The notes beneath the pieces were generated by a model that was given only the letters and a program-made list of their open reading frames with translations, had not been told where the DNA came from and searched no databases. The position numbers and the translations under genes were made by a program. Positions 39,232 through 51,589 of a stretch of 64,000 nt of DNA are shown in pieces (position 1 is the stretch's first letter; each line of letters starts with the position of its first letter). The stretch is from the NCBI RefSeq assembly GCF_963506605.1, contig NC_083287.1:16058001-16122000 (forward strand), written 5' to 3'. The DNA comes from Zootoca vivipara. Taxonomy: Eukaryota.

Positions 39232-39482
39232 CTGTCGTACCTTGGAAGTCGAATGCCATCCATTACAGAAGTCTGTTCGACTTCCAAAGTGTTCGACTTC
39301 CAAATCGTGGCTTCTGATTGGCTGCAGGAAGCTCCTGCAGCCAATTGGAAGCCCCGGAAGCCCCGTCGGACGTTCGGCTTCCAAAAGAATGTTCGAAAAC
39401 TGGAGCAGTCACTTCCGGGTTTCAATCGTTCAGGAGCCAAAACGTTCAAGAACTAGGCTGTTCAAAAACCAAGGTACGACTG
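39232..39482 (-). mobile_element. Tc1/mariner MITE (7192 family)
   Basis: Reverse-complement homology to 7192-7421; TIR ctgtcgtaccttgg...ccaaggtacgactg. Confidence 0.8.
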
Positions 39483-41152
39483 TGTTTAGAAGTTGACAAG
39501 GCCAATGGCTAGTACAATAAAAATAAATTTGCTGCTGATATTTTAAGAACTCTTGATTCCTAAGTTGTTAGTTTAAGATTTTGCATGGTTTATTTTATTA
39601 TGATATTATACAAGCAACCCCCCAATTGCAGGTGTGCAGTCATGCATCAACTGAACACATGTAAATGTTGCCTGTACTTCGCTTCCATAATCTATTGGGA
39701 ATTCACATGACTCTTTTGTCCAGAAAATATTGTTGCTAAAATATGCACCAAGATGTAGGAGTTGCATTATCTTAAATAATTATCTACAATAATTATAAAA
39801 ACCAATCCATCCTTGCCCTGATATTTCACATTAAAAGTTAATATATGGAACAAGGCTTACCGAAGCAATATTCCTCAGCCAACAAAGTTTGATTGATGTC
39901 TTGTTCAGAAATGTCATGGGGGAACGTGGCTGTTGTTTTTTAATCTGGTTATGCTACTGATATAGGAGTAATTAGATTTTCAAGGCCTCCAACAAGTTAA
40001 GCAATTTGGAAGTAAAAATAAAAGGCAAATGCCTTGGCAAATAAGCACAGAAACATGTACTGGTTACATGTGAAAGGAGAATAATGTGCTGCAATAATTA
40101 CCAGTAAGAAGATTGCAACATAATCTTGTTATAATAGGAAGCAATGCGACAACATACACAATTTCACCCCACCCCCCTTTAAATAGCTGGGTGAATGATT
40201 CTGTGCTCAGACCATGATTTGGGATGCACACATAGAGTATTTACAGAAGATCTGTTTTAAGAGAATTATTGGTACTTAGAAAATATGAGGTTTCTCTCAT
40301 TAAATTCAAGACTGCTTTGGAGCAAGTGCTCGGAGATTACTGCTATATTTTTCTTTCCCACCTTATCATAAAGTCTTAGACAGCAGATGGAAGAGAAGAT
40401 CACCGGGTCTGCATTTTAAAGCAAGCAAACCTATTCTTCTTTCTTGGGCTTATACATGGATCAGAACACAGTTGACAATCGGATCCCATACGTCTCTGAA
40501 TTTTGTGAGCCAGTTTGGGTTCAGATTAGTACGTACACAAAAAAATGTGTTTTAGGGAAACTGTATTGGAAAGCATACAAAAAAGTGTTTTAGAAGTAGT
40601 ATCAGTGAAGGCAGTTTGTTAACATTTAATAATTTAGATTAAGTTTTTTCACATCTTTTAAAAGCATTAAGGGGTCTAGACCTTAAACTGACTGCATGCA
40701 AGACTGACATGAAACAGAAATAGGCTAATCTGCCCTTTCCAAGTCAGGCCAGACCAAAGCGCATCCCTATTTCCCATTATTGCAATGGTCATGTAATATT
40801 GCTTTTGCAAGAGTCAGTGTGCATAATTCTCTCTGGATTCAGCATAGTAAGTTCCCATTGAGATCAATGGGAACCAAATGCTTAACTCTAGTTTCTAAAT
40901 TTCATTGACTTCCCAGAATTATTTCCAGTTACTATGCCAATGCCAAGTGGATTTCATGACTGTGTGGGAATTCAACTTGATTGGTAATTTAACCTGTGGT
41001 CTGCTGTGTCCTTTCACTGGATATCCCTATAAAATTTTGTAGTTCTACAAACTAGTTAACTAGAGAATTATTCCAAATGGCTCAGGTACTTGGGACAAAA
41101 GTGAAACACACTGTATTAAATTCACTTCTCTACTCCTTTGCAGGTATAGTTA

Positions 41153-41358
41153 GGGCTTTTTTTTCCATCTGGAACTCACTGGAATGGAGTTCCACCACCT
41201 CTTGGAGCGGACTGGCAACTGTATAGCAGCACAATGCCCAGAGCTCAATAACTTTGCCTCCCCCCCCCCAAAAAAAGCTCACCAATTTAGGGTTGTCTGT
41301 AAAAAAAGAGTGAGAGTTCCTGCACCTCTTTTTCTAGAAAAAAAAAAAAGAGCGCTGG
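41153..41358. mobile_element. hAT-like MITE; reverse copy at ~58390-58535
   Basis: Shared gagttcc.gcacctctttttctagaaaaa terminus. Confidence 0.6.
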
Positions 41359-42495
41359 ATATACCTGCCTCTCACTTTGGTGATTTGATGCAGTACTCAC
41401 AATCATTAACTAAGGCTATAATCCTGCACTCACTCGCTTCAATTAGCTTCAACAAATCTAAATGGGTCCCACGTTGCAGCTTAAGACAATATTCAAGAGA
41501 AAATGTGTTTCAAAATGGAAATAATGGGCAAAGTAACTCCAGAATTTCTCCCAAAATATGCCTGCCAGCTGTCAGATCTCCACTGAAATATGTTGTTGTT
41601 TGTTTTATTGTATTTTTAAGGTTTAGATACTGGTCTTTGTCAAAATAGGGTAGAACTTAATAAACAAAGGGGCAATATCCAACGGAACACATCTGCTAAC
41701 ACAAGGACTTTGCAGCTGTGCAAAGGAAATTCCCTCTCCTCTCCCTGTGCAACCTCTAAATCTGTTCCCCTACCCTAATCCTCCGGAAGAGGTCTATGAG
41801 GCACACACACATGGAAGGGAAGAGGGTGGAGAAATTCCATGGCACATCTGAAAGTCCCTGCACTAGTGGAACTGTTTAGTTGGACATACAGTATCTCAAT
41901 ATGATATAAATAAATAACACCTATACAAATAAAAATAAAACAAAACCATGTAAAAGCAATTCAAAAAAATCATGTCCTCCTCCCAGAGAACACGTGTTGC
42001 AGTGAGATCACCAAGACCGACCTCACTGCTGTTGTGGGTGGGAGTGATTGGATAGCCACAACAACCCCATTGGTGGTCCCTCAGTCACTGGGATAATTCT
42101 GGCCAATGGGATTGTTTAATGCATTAACCGAGTGACCCATATATACCGCTGCACGTTGCATTGAGCTTCCTCTTTTTCACTTAAGATTGTCCCACCATCT
42201 ATCTGCTACTGTCCATCACCTGCTATAATGACAATCGCTTTGTAAAAGATAAAAGCTTTAGAAATTTGTAGCTGAATAGGTACACCGTATGTGCCCATTC
42301 AATTGGCAGAATTGGCATTTTGGCAGGTGCGACATAAATACCCTCACCAAGTCTGTAAGAACTCAGTCATTTAGTGTGGCAGCACTCTTGATATCACTGT
42401 ATTCTTTTTGTCGCCTGCTAAACATATACTTAGCTTAGCAAGGTGTTTAGAAGTTTATATGAGTTTTTATTTGTTTTAGCCTGTTCTACTGCGTT

Positions 42496-42866
42496 TTGAT
42501 GCTTTTGAATTATGGTGCTGGAGGAGACTCTTGAGAGTCCCATGGACTGCAAGAAGATCAAACCTATCCATTCTGAAGGAAATCAGCCCTGTGTGCTCAC
42601 TGGAAGGACAGATCGTGAAGCTGAGGCTCCAATACTTTGGCCACCTCATGAGAAGAGAGGACTCCCTGGAAAGACCCTGATGTTGGGAAAGATTGAGGGC
42701 ACTAGGAGAAGGGGACGACAGAGGACGAGATGGTTGGACAGTGTCCTCGAAGCTACGAACATGAGTTTGACCAAACTGCAGGAGGCAGTGGAAGACAGCA
42801 GTGCCTGGCGTGCTATGGTCCATGGGGTCACAAAGAGTTGGACACGACTAAACGACTAAACAACAA
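42496..42866 (+). mobile_element. Bov-B (RTE) LINE 3' fragment
   Basis: DAFELWCWRRLLRVPWTARRSN...QYFGHLMRR...KTLMLGKIEGTRRRGRQRTRWLD; (caa)n tail. Confidence 0.9.
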
Positions 42867-43266
42867 AATGTTTTAAACTGGAGTTGTAAAAAAGTTTAAG
42901 CAACATATTTATTGTTTTTGTAAGCTTTGCACACACACACACACACACACACGGATTATTAAGCGGTATATAAATTTTAGGAGCTAAATAAATAAATATA
43001 ATAAAACAGTGGCTTTGCATTTCAAACCCCTATTTTTCTACTTACATGTTTTTCATTAATTTTTTGTCCCTTTTTAAAAATAAAAAAATCACCAAAACTC
43101 CAATACAGCATGTGATTATTAACAAATGCAGCAACTATTTTATTTTTTTAGTAAAAGGCTTATAAACCCACCTTTTCTCAATGGGATCAAGATGACTATA
43201 CCATTGCGTAACTTGGGTTATAATCCAGTGCCTATCTACCTAGAAATAAATTCCATTGAAAGCTAT

Positions 43267-43391
43267 TAGAATCATAGAATAATTGTTCAGTTGGAAGAGA
43301 CCCCAAAGGTCATGCAGGATTTTTTTGCCCATCATGGGGCTCAAACCCACGACCCTGAAAATGAGAGTCTCATGCTCTACCGACTGAGCTA
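43267..43391 (-). mobile_element. tRNA-Lys-derived SINE with CR1-like 3' tail
   Basis: Minus strand tagctcagtcggtagagcatgagactctcattttcagggtcgtgggtttgagccccatgatgggca resembles tRNA-Lys(CTT) and is followed by gacc...ttccaact...attctatgattcta. A second head begins at ~63969 at the window edge. Confidence 0.8.
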
Positions 43392-44829
43392 TTAGATTTA
43401 CTTCTGAGTTGACATGGCTGTCAAAATATAAACATCAAGAGACAACATTACAAGGCACATTTTATTTTTTAAAAAAATAGCATGTGTGTGTGTGTGTGTG
43501 TATCTGTGTTTACATGTGTACACCCAGTGACTTAAAGCCCTACCATGGGGACAAGTGGCGGCAGAGAGAATCACTAGAGGATATTTTCTGAAATTCAGAG
43601 AGAGAGGACATGTTGTTCACAATTATAAAATTACTGAAAATTATAAAATCATTCATCCAGTTACTGCTTCCCCTCCCCAAGTGAAAAGACTGAGAATACT
43701 AAATATTCCTGCAGGTATACAAATCTTGGACAGCAGGATCCAGAACAGATGATAAACTTCACCCAATCTCTGGGAAGGATAGCAAGTGCTCAAAGCACAG
43801 TACTACAGTAGTATTTCAGCCACATGCAGTTTTTTGCCAAAAATGAACCAATAATCTAGCAATCCTATACCCATTTAACCTCTAAGTAACTGCATTAATG
43901 GGACTTACTTCTAAGTAAGCATGTATAAGATTACAGTGTTTAAGGCGACGACTCATTCTGCATTTTATATGGCTTTTCCATTCAATCCATTAGTCTCCCC
44001 TTTGCTTTTTTAAACATATAGTGCTTCTGGGTAGAAAAAAACATAAAGCTCCATTTTTCAGAGAGAGAGAAAAGATGAAAGTCTTCTGCCACCAGGGACT
44101 GTCAACAAACAAATCACTGCAAGTTAAGCATTTTATAGAGTTCACGCAGCGTGTGCAAGAATCACACGTGAGCCCAGAAACTTCTTTTCATTATTTACAA
44201 ATTATGGGTGTCTACTTGTCTGGGCTTTCTATAGTAATAATTATTTGTGAAATTCTAATACCAGTGCTTTTTCAGATGAGTTTATTCCTTTCAGAAATTA
44301 TTTATAGGAACTGTATCAGAGGAAGCTTTCGGCTCATTAAATATTTCTATTCACTCTATTTTCAAGGGGGATATATCAAGTTTTATTAATTTCAAAAGGG
44401 TGTATTTAACACCTCAAAGAGGAAACTCAAACACATTTTCTCTCTGATGCAATTATTTCAGCCGAAACAAATAAAACAACCATAACGTAATTGTGTTTTA
44501 TAGCAACAAAATCCTGCACTCTGTAGGCTACCCATTACTTTTTTTTAAAAAAAAGATGGTATTTGTTGGCTGATATCTAATTTACACTTCTTCTTTTTTA
44601 ATGGTTAAGTCTCTGTGAGGTGATTTAGCCACATCCATTTAGTGTGGTGATTTCATACAAATGCATCTTTGCTGTATCTCAGCCCTGTTGCACTCCATGA
44701 GCTATTAGAGGCTAAGTTAATAATAGTAAAAAAAATTATTATTTATACCCCACCTATTGGGATGGGTTGCCCCAGCCACTCTAGGCAGCTTCCAACACAT
44801 ATAAAAACATAATATAACAGCAAAGACTA

Positions 44830-45845
44830 CAAAAATTAAAAAGTTAGATTTCTTAGTTTACAAAAATACTTGCATTGTCTCTTTCTCAAGTTGCATTTTC
44901 TACAGATCAGTTTCATTTGTTGTGAGACTTTAGTATTGCACACAATGTTAGGTTAGGAAGAAAAGAGAGGGAGAGGGGAATGGTGAGTGGGGTGGGGTGG
45001 TAATGCTTCTATTATTCTACTTAGTGTATGTGTGAGGTTTTGTGTCAGCGTCGCTTTTGTGGGTTCTCTTACCATTCACTTGTATTTCCTTGGTGGTGAG
45101 AGAGGTTGGGGGTGACCAGGGTGTGGTTGGTTGTCTTTGGTTGGCTAAAGTGAGATTTGTTTTTGTGTGTGAGCGGTGTGTGTGTGTGTGCATTTTGGAT
45201 CAGGTTAGCCATATTGATGCTTTTGAATTATGGTGCTGGAGGAGACTCTTGAGAGTCCCATGGACTGCAAGAAGATCAAACCTATCCATTCTGAAGGAAA
45301 TCAGCCCTGTGTGCTCACTGGAAGGACAGATCGTGAAGCTGAGGCTCCAATACTTTGGCCACCTCATGAGAAGAGAAGACTCCCTGGAAAAGACCCTGAT
45401 GTTGGGAAAGATGGAGGGCACAAGGAGAAGGGGACGACAGAGGATGAGATGGTTGGACAGTGTTCTCGAAAGCTATCAACATAAATCTGACCAAATTGCG
45501 GGAGGCAGTGGAAGACAGGAGTGCCTGGCGTGCTCTGGTCCATTGGGTCACGAAGAGTCGGACACAACTAAACGACTAAACAACAACAACAGCAAAAGCA
45601 GCCATATTGACTCGTATGCTGTCAGTGGATTCTTGTTGTTGTGTTGTTGGGCTGTGCATGCACCGTATATGAACCATACTGTGCACTGTGTATGAACTAT
45701 ACCAGGATGAAGGCGTCTTCTTCTATTTATAATAAGGCTGTTTCCCATACTATTTGATACCATTGGTTCATGATTATTCTTGACAGGTCTCTCCAGTGTC
45801 TGGCTATGATGCTTCTGGCTGCTGAGAATAGGTTGGTTATGAAAA
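44830..45845 (-). mobile_element. L1-clade LINE 3' end (ORF2 C-terminus and 3' UTR), interrupted by Bov-B
   Basis: Minus strand of 45735-45840 reads ITNLFSAARSIIARHWRDLSRIIMNQWYQIVWETALL, resembling the L1 ORF2 C-terminal AAR..IA..W motif. Confidence 0.65.
45214..45599 (+). mobile_element. Bov-B (RTE) LINE 3' fragment inserted in an L1 remnant
   Basis: Same peptide motifs; TSD agccatattga (45207-45217, 45600-45610). Confidence 0.9.
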
Positions 45846-46055
45846 GTTGCACTCTGATATTATAAATACCAGCTCTTGATGAGGGTACTTCCAGCAATAA
45901 CTATGATGGGTCTTAAGAATACGGCACACTCCTAATTAACTGTGCCAGAATGCAATGCACCCACACCAAATAGTTTCTCCTTTTCCTGATCTGTATCTAA
46001 AATACTGAACTGAAATCTACATTGCTCCATGCAAATGATTATCCGGCTGGACGTA

Positions 46056-46342
46056 CAGTGGTGCCTCGCTAGACGAATTTAATTCATTCCACGGGTCTTT
46101 TCTTATAACGAAAAATTCGTCTAGCGAATCCCATAGGAATGCATTGAAATTTTTTTGATTTTTTTTTTTTGCCCATAGGAACGCATTAATTGAATTTCAA
46201 TGCATTCCTATGGGAAACTGCGATTCGCTAGACGAATTTTTCGCAAAATGAATTCGTCTAGCGAGGGAACCTCCACTAGAAAAAACCTTTCGTTAAGCGG
46301 AAATTTTTTTAAGCAGGGCATTCGTTAAGCGAGGCACCACTG
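46056..46342 (+). mobile_element. Tc1/mariner MITE
   Basis: TIR cagtggtgcctcgct...agcgaggcaccactg; TA TSD; same family as 49226-49514. Confidence 0.9.
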
Positions 46343-47368
46343 TATGTGAATCAACTTTCTTCAAGGGGCCTTCAGTACACCTCTGCACACTATGGCAAAG
46401 CCAAGGATAGAATTTCAGTCCTGCATGGTATAATTTCCTGTCTTTCGCTAATCTGCACTAGGCCCTAATGTTATATTAATGTCATTTTTTTGTGGGTGTG
46501 ATTGAATTATCCACAGCATTAAGAGGATCTGAGGGGTTATGAGAGCGGATACTTCTCGGCACACACAATTACCAAGCAGTATTAAGCATCATCCGTGTGC
46601 CTCCCTTTAGCAGCACTGGGAGACAGCGACGTCGTGAGACAAAGAGCACTTTACGGTTGGCATCTGGCCTGATCCGGCAAGCCCCGTGTGTATAAAAGCT
46701 CCCACTGAAGTAAGCGAAAGCCCTCTTCCACATAGTCCACAGCATTACTGAAAGCAAGCGGCAAATCTTCAATATTCAAAGTGTAACGTGTTGACAGGTT
46801 GGGTCCAGGCTGCTTCTCTCTATAGAGGGTGGTGCACGAATTGGAGTCACTCTGCAGACTTTAATGATAGGAAGAGATTGAAATGTGTCCTATTTCTGGG
46901 GAATGTGAAGAAGGCCCACTGAGATTTGAAAAGCGCAGCCTGCCTGTTAGCTAAAATTCTTACTGCAGACAATTGCTGCAGGGAAAAAGGGGGCAAGCAA
47001 GGGAAAAATAAAAGAAACGGACTCCCAGCTGTGTTAAAGTAAGCCTGTACCACTTATCTGCCTTGGCTGACTGTGAGGTTTTCACACACACAATCCTTAA
47101 GAATCTAACTGAGGAAAGGGGTGGCCTGTATTTTCATTAGTCCAATTGGTGTTGTGCTGTCATGGCAAAGTCGTATTTCAGAGCTACGGGAATGCATTTG
47201 AGTGAGGCCAAGGATCGCATGTTTCCTCTTCCCCCATCTTCCCCCTCTGTGCATGGTCACAAGATGGGAAGATCAGAAGATTTCACTTCCACAAGATTAA
47301 CCCATACGTTGTGGCTACTTGTTTCCTCCAAACTAAGAATGGCGCTTAGGGTTAACTGTTGTTTAAGG

Positions 47369-48423
47369 CAGTGTTTTTCAACATTTTTTGGGCAAAGGCA
47401 CACTTGTTTCATGAAAAAAATCACGAGGCACACCACCATTAAAAAAAGTTAGGGCTTTTGGGGGGGGGTTATTATTTTGTGAAAACAACATGGTCAAAAA
47501 AAATTCCTGTTCCTTTCTTCTTTCATTATTCCTTATTCCCATTGCTATTAGTCAATTATTTTATCAGTGATGGTGCCATAAAGGCATTCTTATTCCTTAC
47601 TCCTATCCCTCAGTCCTATTTTTACTATATTCTGCCAATGACAACCTCCAACTCCAATAATCACCCCTACACTTTCCCTCCACGTCATTTTTCAGCTAGT
47701 ACTGTAGTATAAAATCTTTGCAGCAGCTGTAAAGTTGGTAGTTTCCCATTACAGTATTATTATCTTGCCATTAAACAAACCACTATCCTTACTGACAGAA
47801 ACCCAGAGGACACGGATATTGCCTCTCCGTGTCATTGCTTGCCCCCTCGCTCCCACATCTCAAAGGCAAGCATCGCGCCCCCGCCAGCACCTGCCCCGTT
47901 TTTTATCCACTGGATAAATATCCAAATATCCATTGGAACCCGTGCGACCCCCCGGGAGCAACGGGCCTGCCCCTCCTCAGTCCAGGCCAGGCGCCACTGC
48001 GGCCTCCCCGGCGCCTCACCTTCTGCAGGGCGCACACATTCTCCTCGCCGAAGAGGCCGCTCATGCCCCGGTAGACGCCGCTGGCTGCCCTCCGGAGGCT
48101 GTTCTGCTTGTCGGCCCCGTGGCCTCGCGCCGACCAAGCCCCGGGCGCCACCAGCAAGAGGAGCGAGAGCGAGAAAAGGAGCAGCAGCAGCACCCGCCGG
48201 CCGCCTTTCGCGTCCGAGGCTGTGGTGGTGGCTGTTTAGAGCCGCGCTCGCCCCGCGTCGTGACCCGGCTGGCTTCCTTTCCGGCAGGTCAGCGCCCCCT
48301 AATGGCGGTCGCCTTCTCGTCGCGGCACGTGACCAGGCAACATCTCGCCCTTCTCGTCGCGGCACACCAGGCAGCATCTCGCGGCACACTAGTGTGCCGC
48401 GGAACAGTGGTTGAAAAACGCTG
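47369..48423 (-). mobile_element. Non-autonomous hAT (Charlie-like) element carrying ~850 bp host cargo (Pack-hAT)
   Basis: TIRs cagtgtttttcaac...gttgaaaaacgctg; perfect 8-bp TSD gtttaagg (47361-47368, 48424-48431); both ends are homologous to the element at 4872-5327. Confidence 0.9.
48020..48223 (-). pseudogene. BRI3BP: Captured BRI3BP first coding exon fragment inside a hAT MITE; start codon apparently lost
   Basis: Translates as (T)ASDAKGGRRVLLLLLFSLSLLLLVAPGAWSARGHGADKQNSLRRAASGVYRGMSGLFGEENVCALQK, followed by donor AAG|gtgagg. This aligns with the recalled human BRI3BP N-terminus (LLAPGAQGARGRGGAEKNSYRRTVNTFSQSVSSLFGEDNVRAAQK). Kozak-like GCCACCACC-ACA-GCC sits where ATG is expected, with an in-frame TAA just upstream. 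Confidence 0.85.
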
Positions 48424-48501
48424 GTTTAAGGAAACAATGCAGTAGCAGTAAATCACAGTTAAACTAACCACAGTTTCTCTGGCTTTGGACGTTAAAAAGT
48501 A

Positions 48502-48739
48502 CAGCGGAACCTCAGTTTTCGAACCTAATCCGTTCTGGAAGACCGTTTTGACTTCTAAAACGTTCAAAACCAAGATGCAAAGGGCTGTTGGCAAATTCAA
48601 TTGACAAAATTGAAAACACGCAGCGGAAGCTGTTTGGCTTCTGAGGCTTTAGAAAACAAAAGCATTTACTTCTGGGTTTTTGGCGTTTGGGTTCCGAAAT
48701 GTTCGTCAACAGAGACGTTCAAGAACCGAGGTTCTACTG
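48502..48739. mobile_element. Tc1/mariner MITE
   Basis: TIR cagcggaacctcagtt...aaccgaggttctactg; TA TSD. Confidence 0.8.
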
Positions 48740-49225
48740 TAACTGGTTATTTGAAAATGGGAGTAAAAGCTTCTAATCTCTTTCTCACAGCCATGTCAGA
48801 AGAGAGAAGGCAGAAGAATAGGCCAGAGCTTTGGGCACATAATGCAAAATCTTAGGTTGGTATGAACCAGATTAGTGAGTAGAAGGGATGGGAAAATTTG
48901 TCCATTTTGATTTCCCTCAGATTCTCATTATTCCAATCTTAAATAAAGTTCACATTTCTGTAGCAATAAAACTGCTAGCACATTTGCAAAGCTAAATAGG
49001 GTCCGGTATGGTTTCAAATTGGATGGGGGACCGACCACAAGTTGAGATTTCCTGCATTGCAGGAGGTTGGAACTAGATGACCCTTGAGGTCCATTCCAAC
49101 TCTATGCTTTGATGCCAGTTCTTTCAGTTTGCAATTTATAAGAACTAAAGTTCTCAGGAAAATTCACCAGCATTTTAAAGTGAATTTCTCCTAACAGACT
49201 TTTTTTTTTGCAATTTTGCCTAATA

Positions 49226-49514
49226 CAGTGGTGCCTCGCTAGACGAAATTAATTCGTTCCATTGGTCTTTTCTTATAGCGAAAAATTCATCTAGCGAATC
49301 CCATAGGAATGCAATGGATTTTTTCCGACTTTTTTTTTGCCCATAGGAACGCATTAATTGAATTTCAATGCATTCCTATGGGAAACCGCGATTTGCTAGA
49401 CGAATTTTTCGTAAAACGCATTCGTCTAGTGAGGCAAGCAAGCTCCGCTCGAAAAATCCTTTCGTTAAGCAGAAATTTCGTTAAGCAGGAAATTCGTTAA
49501 GCGAGGCACCACTG
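49226..49514 (+). mobile_element. Tc1/mariner MITE nested in an older repeat (~48885-49720)
   Basis: Same TIRs and interior as 46056-46342; TA TSD. Confidence 0.9.
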
Positions 49515-50043
49515 TATACACATTCTTACAAAGCAATTTTTGCTAATATAATGATGCAATTTGTGCATACTTTATCCCAGGGTATGCATTTTTTGTAGAC
49601 ATGATTTGGCTGGAGAACTGTGCTGCAACATTTGGAGAAGTGCAATTTTTTTGTGTTTTGGTTTGCTTGCTGCTTCAGAAACTGTGAAATATGTAGGTTT
49701 GCCTCTAAATGCAACTTGACTCTCTTCCCCCAATCACTAGTGAAGTTACGTACATGGGTTTCCAATGGGCCCAGATACCTAACATGCTACTCCACCTCTG
49801 GTGCAAATGTAACTCCTCACTTGCTGGCAGGCGTCAGAACAATCTGGCCAATATATTGAACCTACCACACAAGCAATCACTTAGACTTGCAACCAACCAA
49901 TGTTTTGGAGCACGTCCCACAAGCATGGTGACCTGGAAACCACCAGAAATATGCCAAACTGTACTCTAGCCCAACCCATGCCCTATTACTTAGTACCTTT
50001 TTATACATAATGGATTTGGATAGCATATGGGCTCAGCAATTAA

Positions 50044-50463
50044 TTAACGGCTCAGGACCGCAATACCTCAAGGGCCACCTCTTTCCATATGAACCTACCC
50101 AGACCCTGGGATCATCTTCTGGGGCCCTTCTTTGTGTGCCCCCTCCTCGAGAGGTCCAGAGGGTGGCAACACGAGAATGGGCCTTCTCTGCTGTGTCTCT
50201 CCTTCTGTAGAATGCTCTCCCTAGGGAAGTTCGCCTGGCGCCTTCATTACACACCCTTAGGCGCCAGGCAAAAACACTCCTTTTTAACCAGGCCTTTGGT
50301 TGATCTGATTTACATCCTATGCCCTTTTAAAATGTGGTGTTTTTTTGTGGGGGCGGTATTGGATTGCTGTTTTTATTTTTATTAGGTATTTTGTGGTTTT
50401 ATATCTTGATTTTATTCTGTGAACTGCCCTGAGACCCCTGGGTAGAGGGCGGTATATAAATTC

Positions 50464-50509
<46 letters not shown>
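50044..50509 (+). mobile_element. L2 LINE 3' end with (AAT)n tail
   Basis: NGSGPQYLKGHLFPYEPTQTLGSS...AFSAV, L2-type 3' hairpin (gccctgag...agggcggtat) and microsatellite tail. Confidence 0.85.
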
Positions 50510-50510
<1 letters not shown>

Positions 50511-51589
50511 TTTTTGGTTGTGTGTATGTGTGGGTTTTTTTTTAATACAATGGGTCCTAAGAGAGTCTGTTGCCAGATTTAGGGCACTGGGTAGCATCCT
50601 GCTTCTATGGGCTGGAGTTCCACTTACAGTGGATATATTTGCAACTACATCACCCACCCACTGGTGACACCAATATGGAACTTGGGTCCTGTGAAAAGAC
50701 ATCAACGTATGTTCACATCCTCCCAGGCCCCCTTGCACTGAGCCAGCCCAATTTTGAATGGCTGCCATTCAGCAGAAGAATGCAAGCCCAGGAGCCAAGC
50801 GGGGGTCTTTGTTCGATAGCGGAATGGGCATACTACAGCTGCAATAACTAGAAGAATTAACAGCCAGTGGTTTGTTCTTTTTTTAAAGGTGTTGCTAGAG
50901 CAGCATAAAAAGGGCTAGGGACCTTCACATAATTAAGAAGTCCCCCCTCCCCCCCCTTGTGTAAAGTGTAATAAAGATGACAGCAACAGACCAAACAATT
51001 TCAGGAGAGCTATAAAATATTTATTAGGCCGCCTTCCCCTTATTAAACAGTACAAGGCCATTGTTTTCAGCTTACTGGAGATGGCAAAAGAGAAATCATA
51101 CAATTAAATAAAATAAAATATTTGTTTCAGTGCTGGCAATATTTAATAGCCACGTCGTTACAGCCTGCCCTTTTCTTCCATCAGTGAGAATTACAATCAC
51201 ATCTTAAAGAGACCATATGTACAATGAGTGAGGAATAGAATTATACTCTGTGCCCCTGGGTTGTTTTTGTTGCTTTTCCTTTCTATTAATTGCTCTGGTA
51301 GCTCAGTGCTATCTATATTCTCTGTTAGAAAGTACTGTGCCTGTGTGATTGTATAAAGAAGCAAAACTGAAAGGTGATTTCATAAACCCTTCCCCCCCAG
51401 CTCTCCATTTTCATTAGTGTTGTTTCCTAACTGTTAGGCTAAAGCACATACACAACACCAACAAACCCCATTCAATGAAGCTGTGATCTGCACATGTGCA
51501 ACGGCTGTCTCAGATGTACACACCTCAGCTTATCTGCAGTCTTCAGTTTTCAAACTGGATGGAAGGTGCAAGTGCTCTGCGAGGGCACC

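Noticed and set aside
43326-43391. tRNA-Lys gene
   Set aside because: The acceptor stem 5' side is missing, the anticodon and T loops are mutated, and it is attached to a CR1-like tail, so it is a SINE head.
45042-45695. 217-aa ORF
   Set aside because: Bov-B fragment fused by chance to flanking L1 antisense sequence.
48020-48223. A real BRI3BP gene nested in RBMS3, or a processed pseudogene
   Set aside because: No further BRI3BP exons were seen, the start codon is missing and the fragment is enclosed by TIRs and a TSD. The retained donor and intron and lack of a poly(A) tail argue against retroposition.
47832-48445. Long overlapping ORFs of 185, 191 and 170 aa
   Set aside because: Shadow frames of GC-rich, stop-poor cargo that run into transposon ends. 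Only the 47903-48193(-) frame has recognisable homology, and only up to the donor at 48019.
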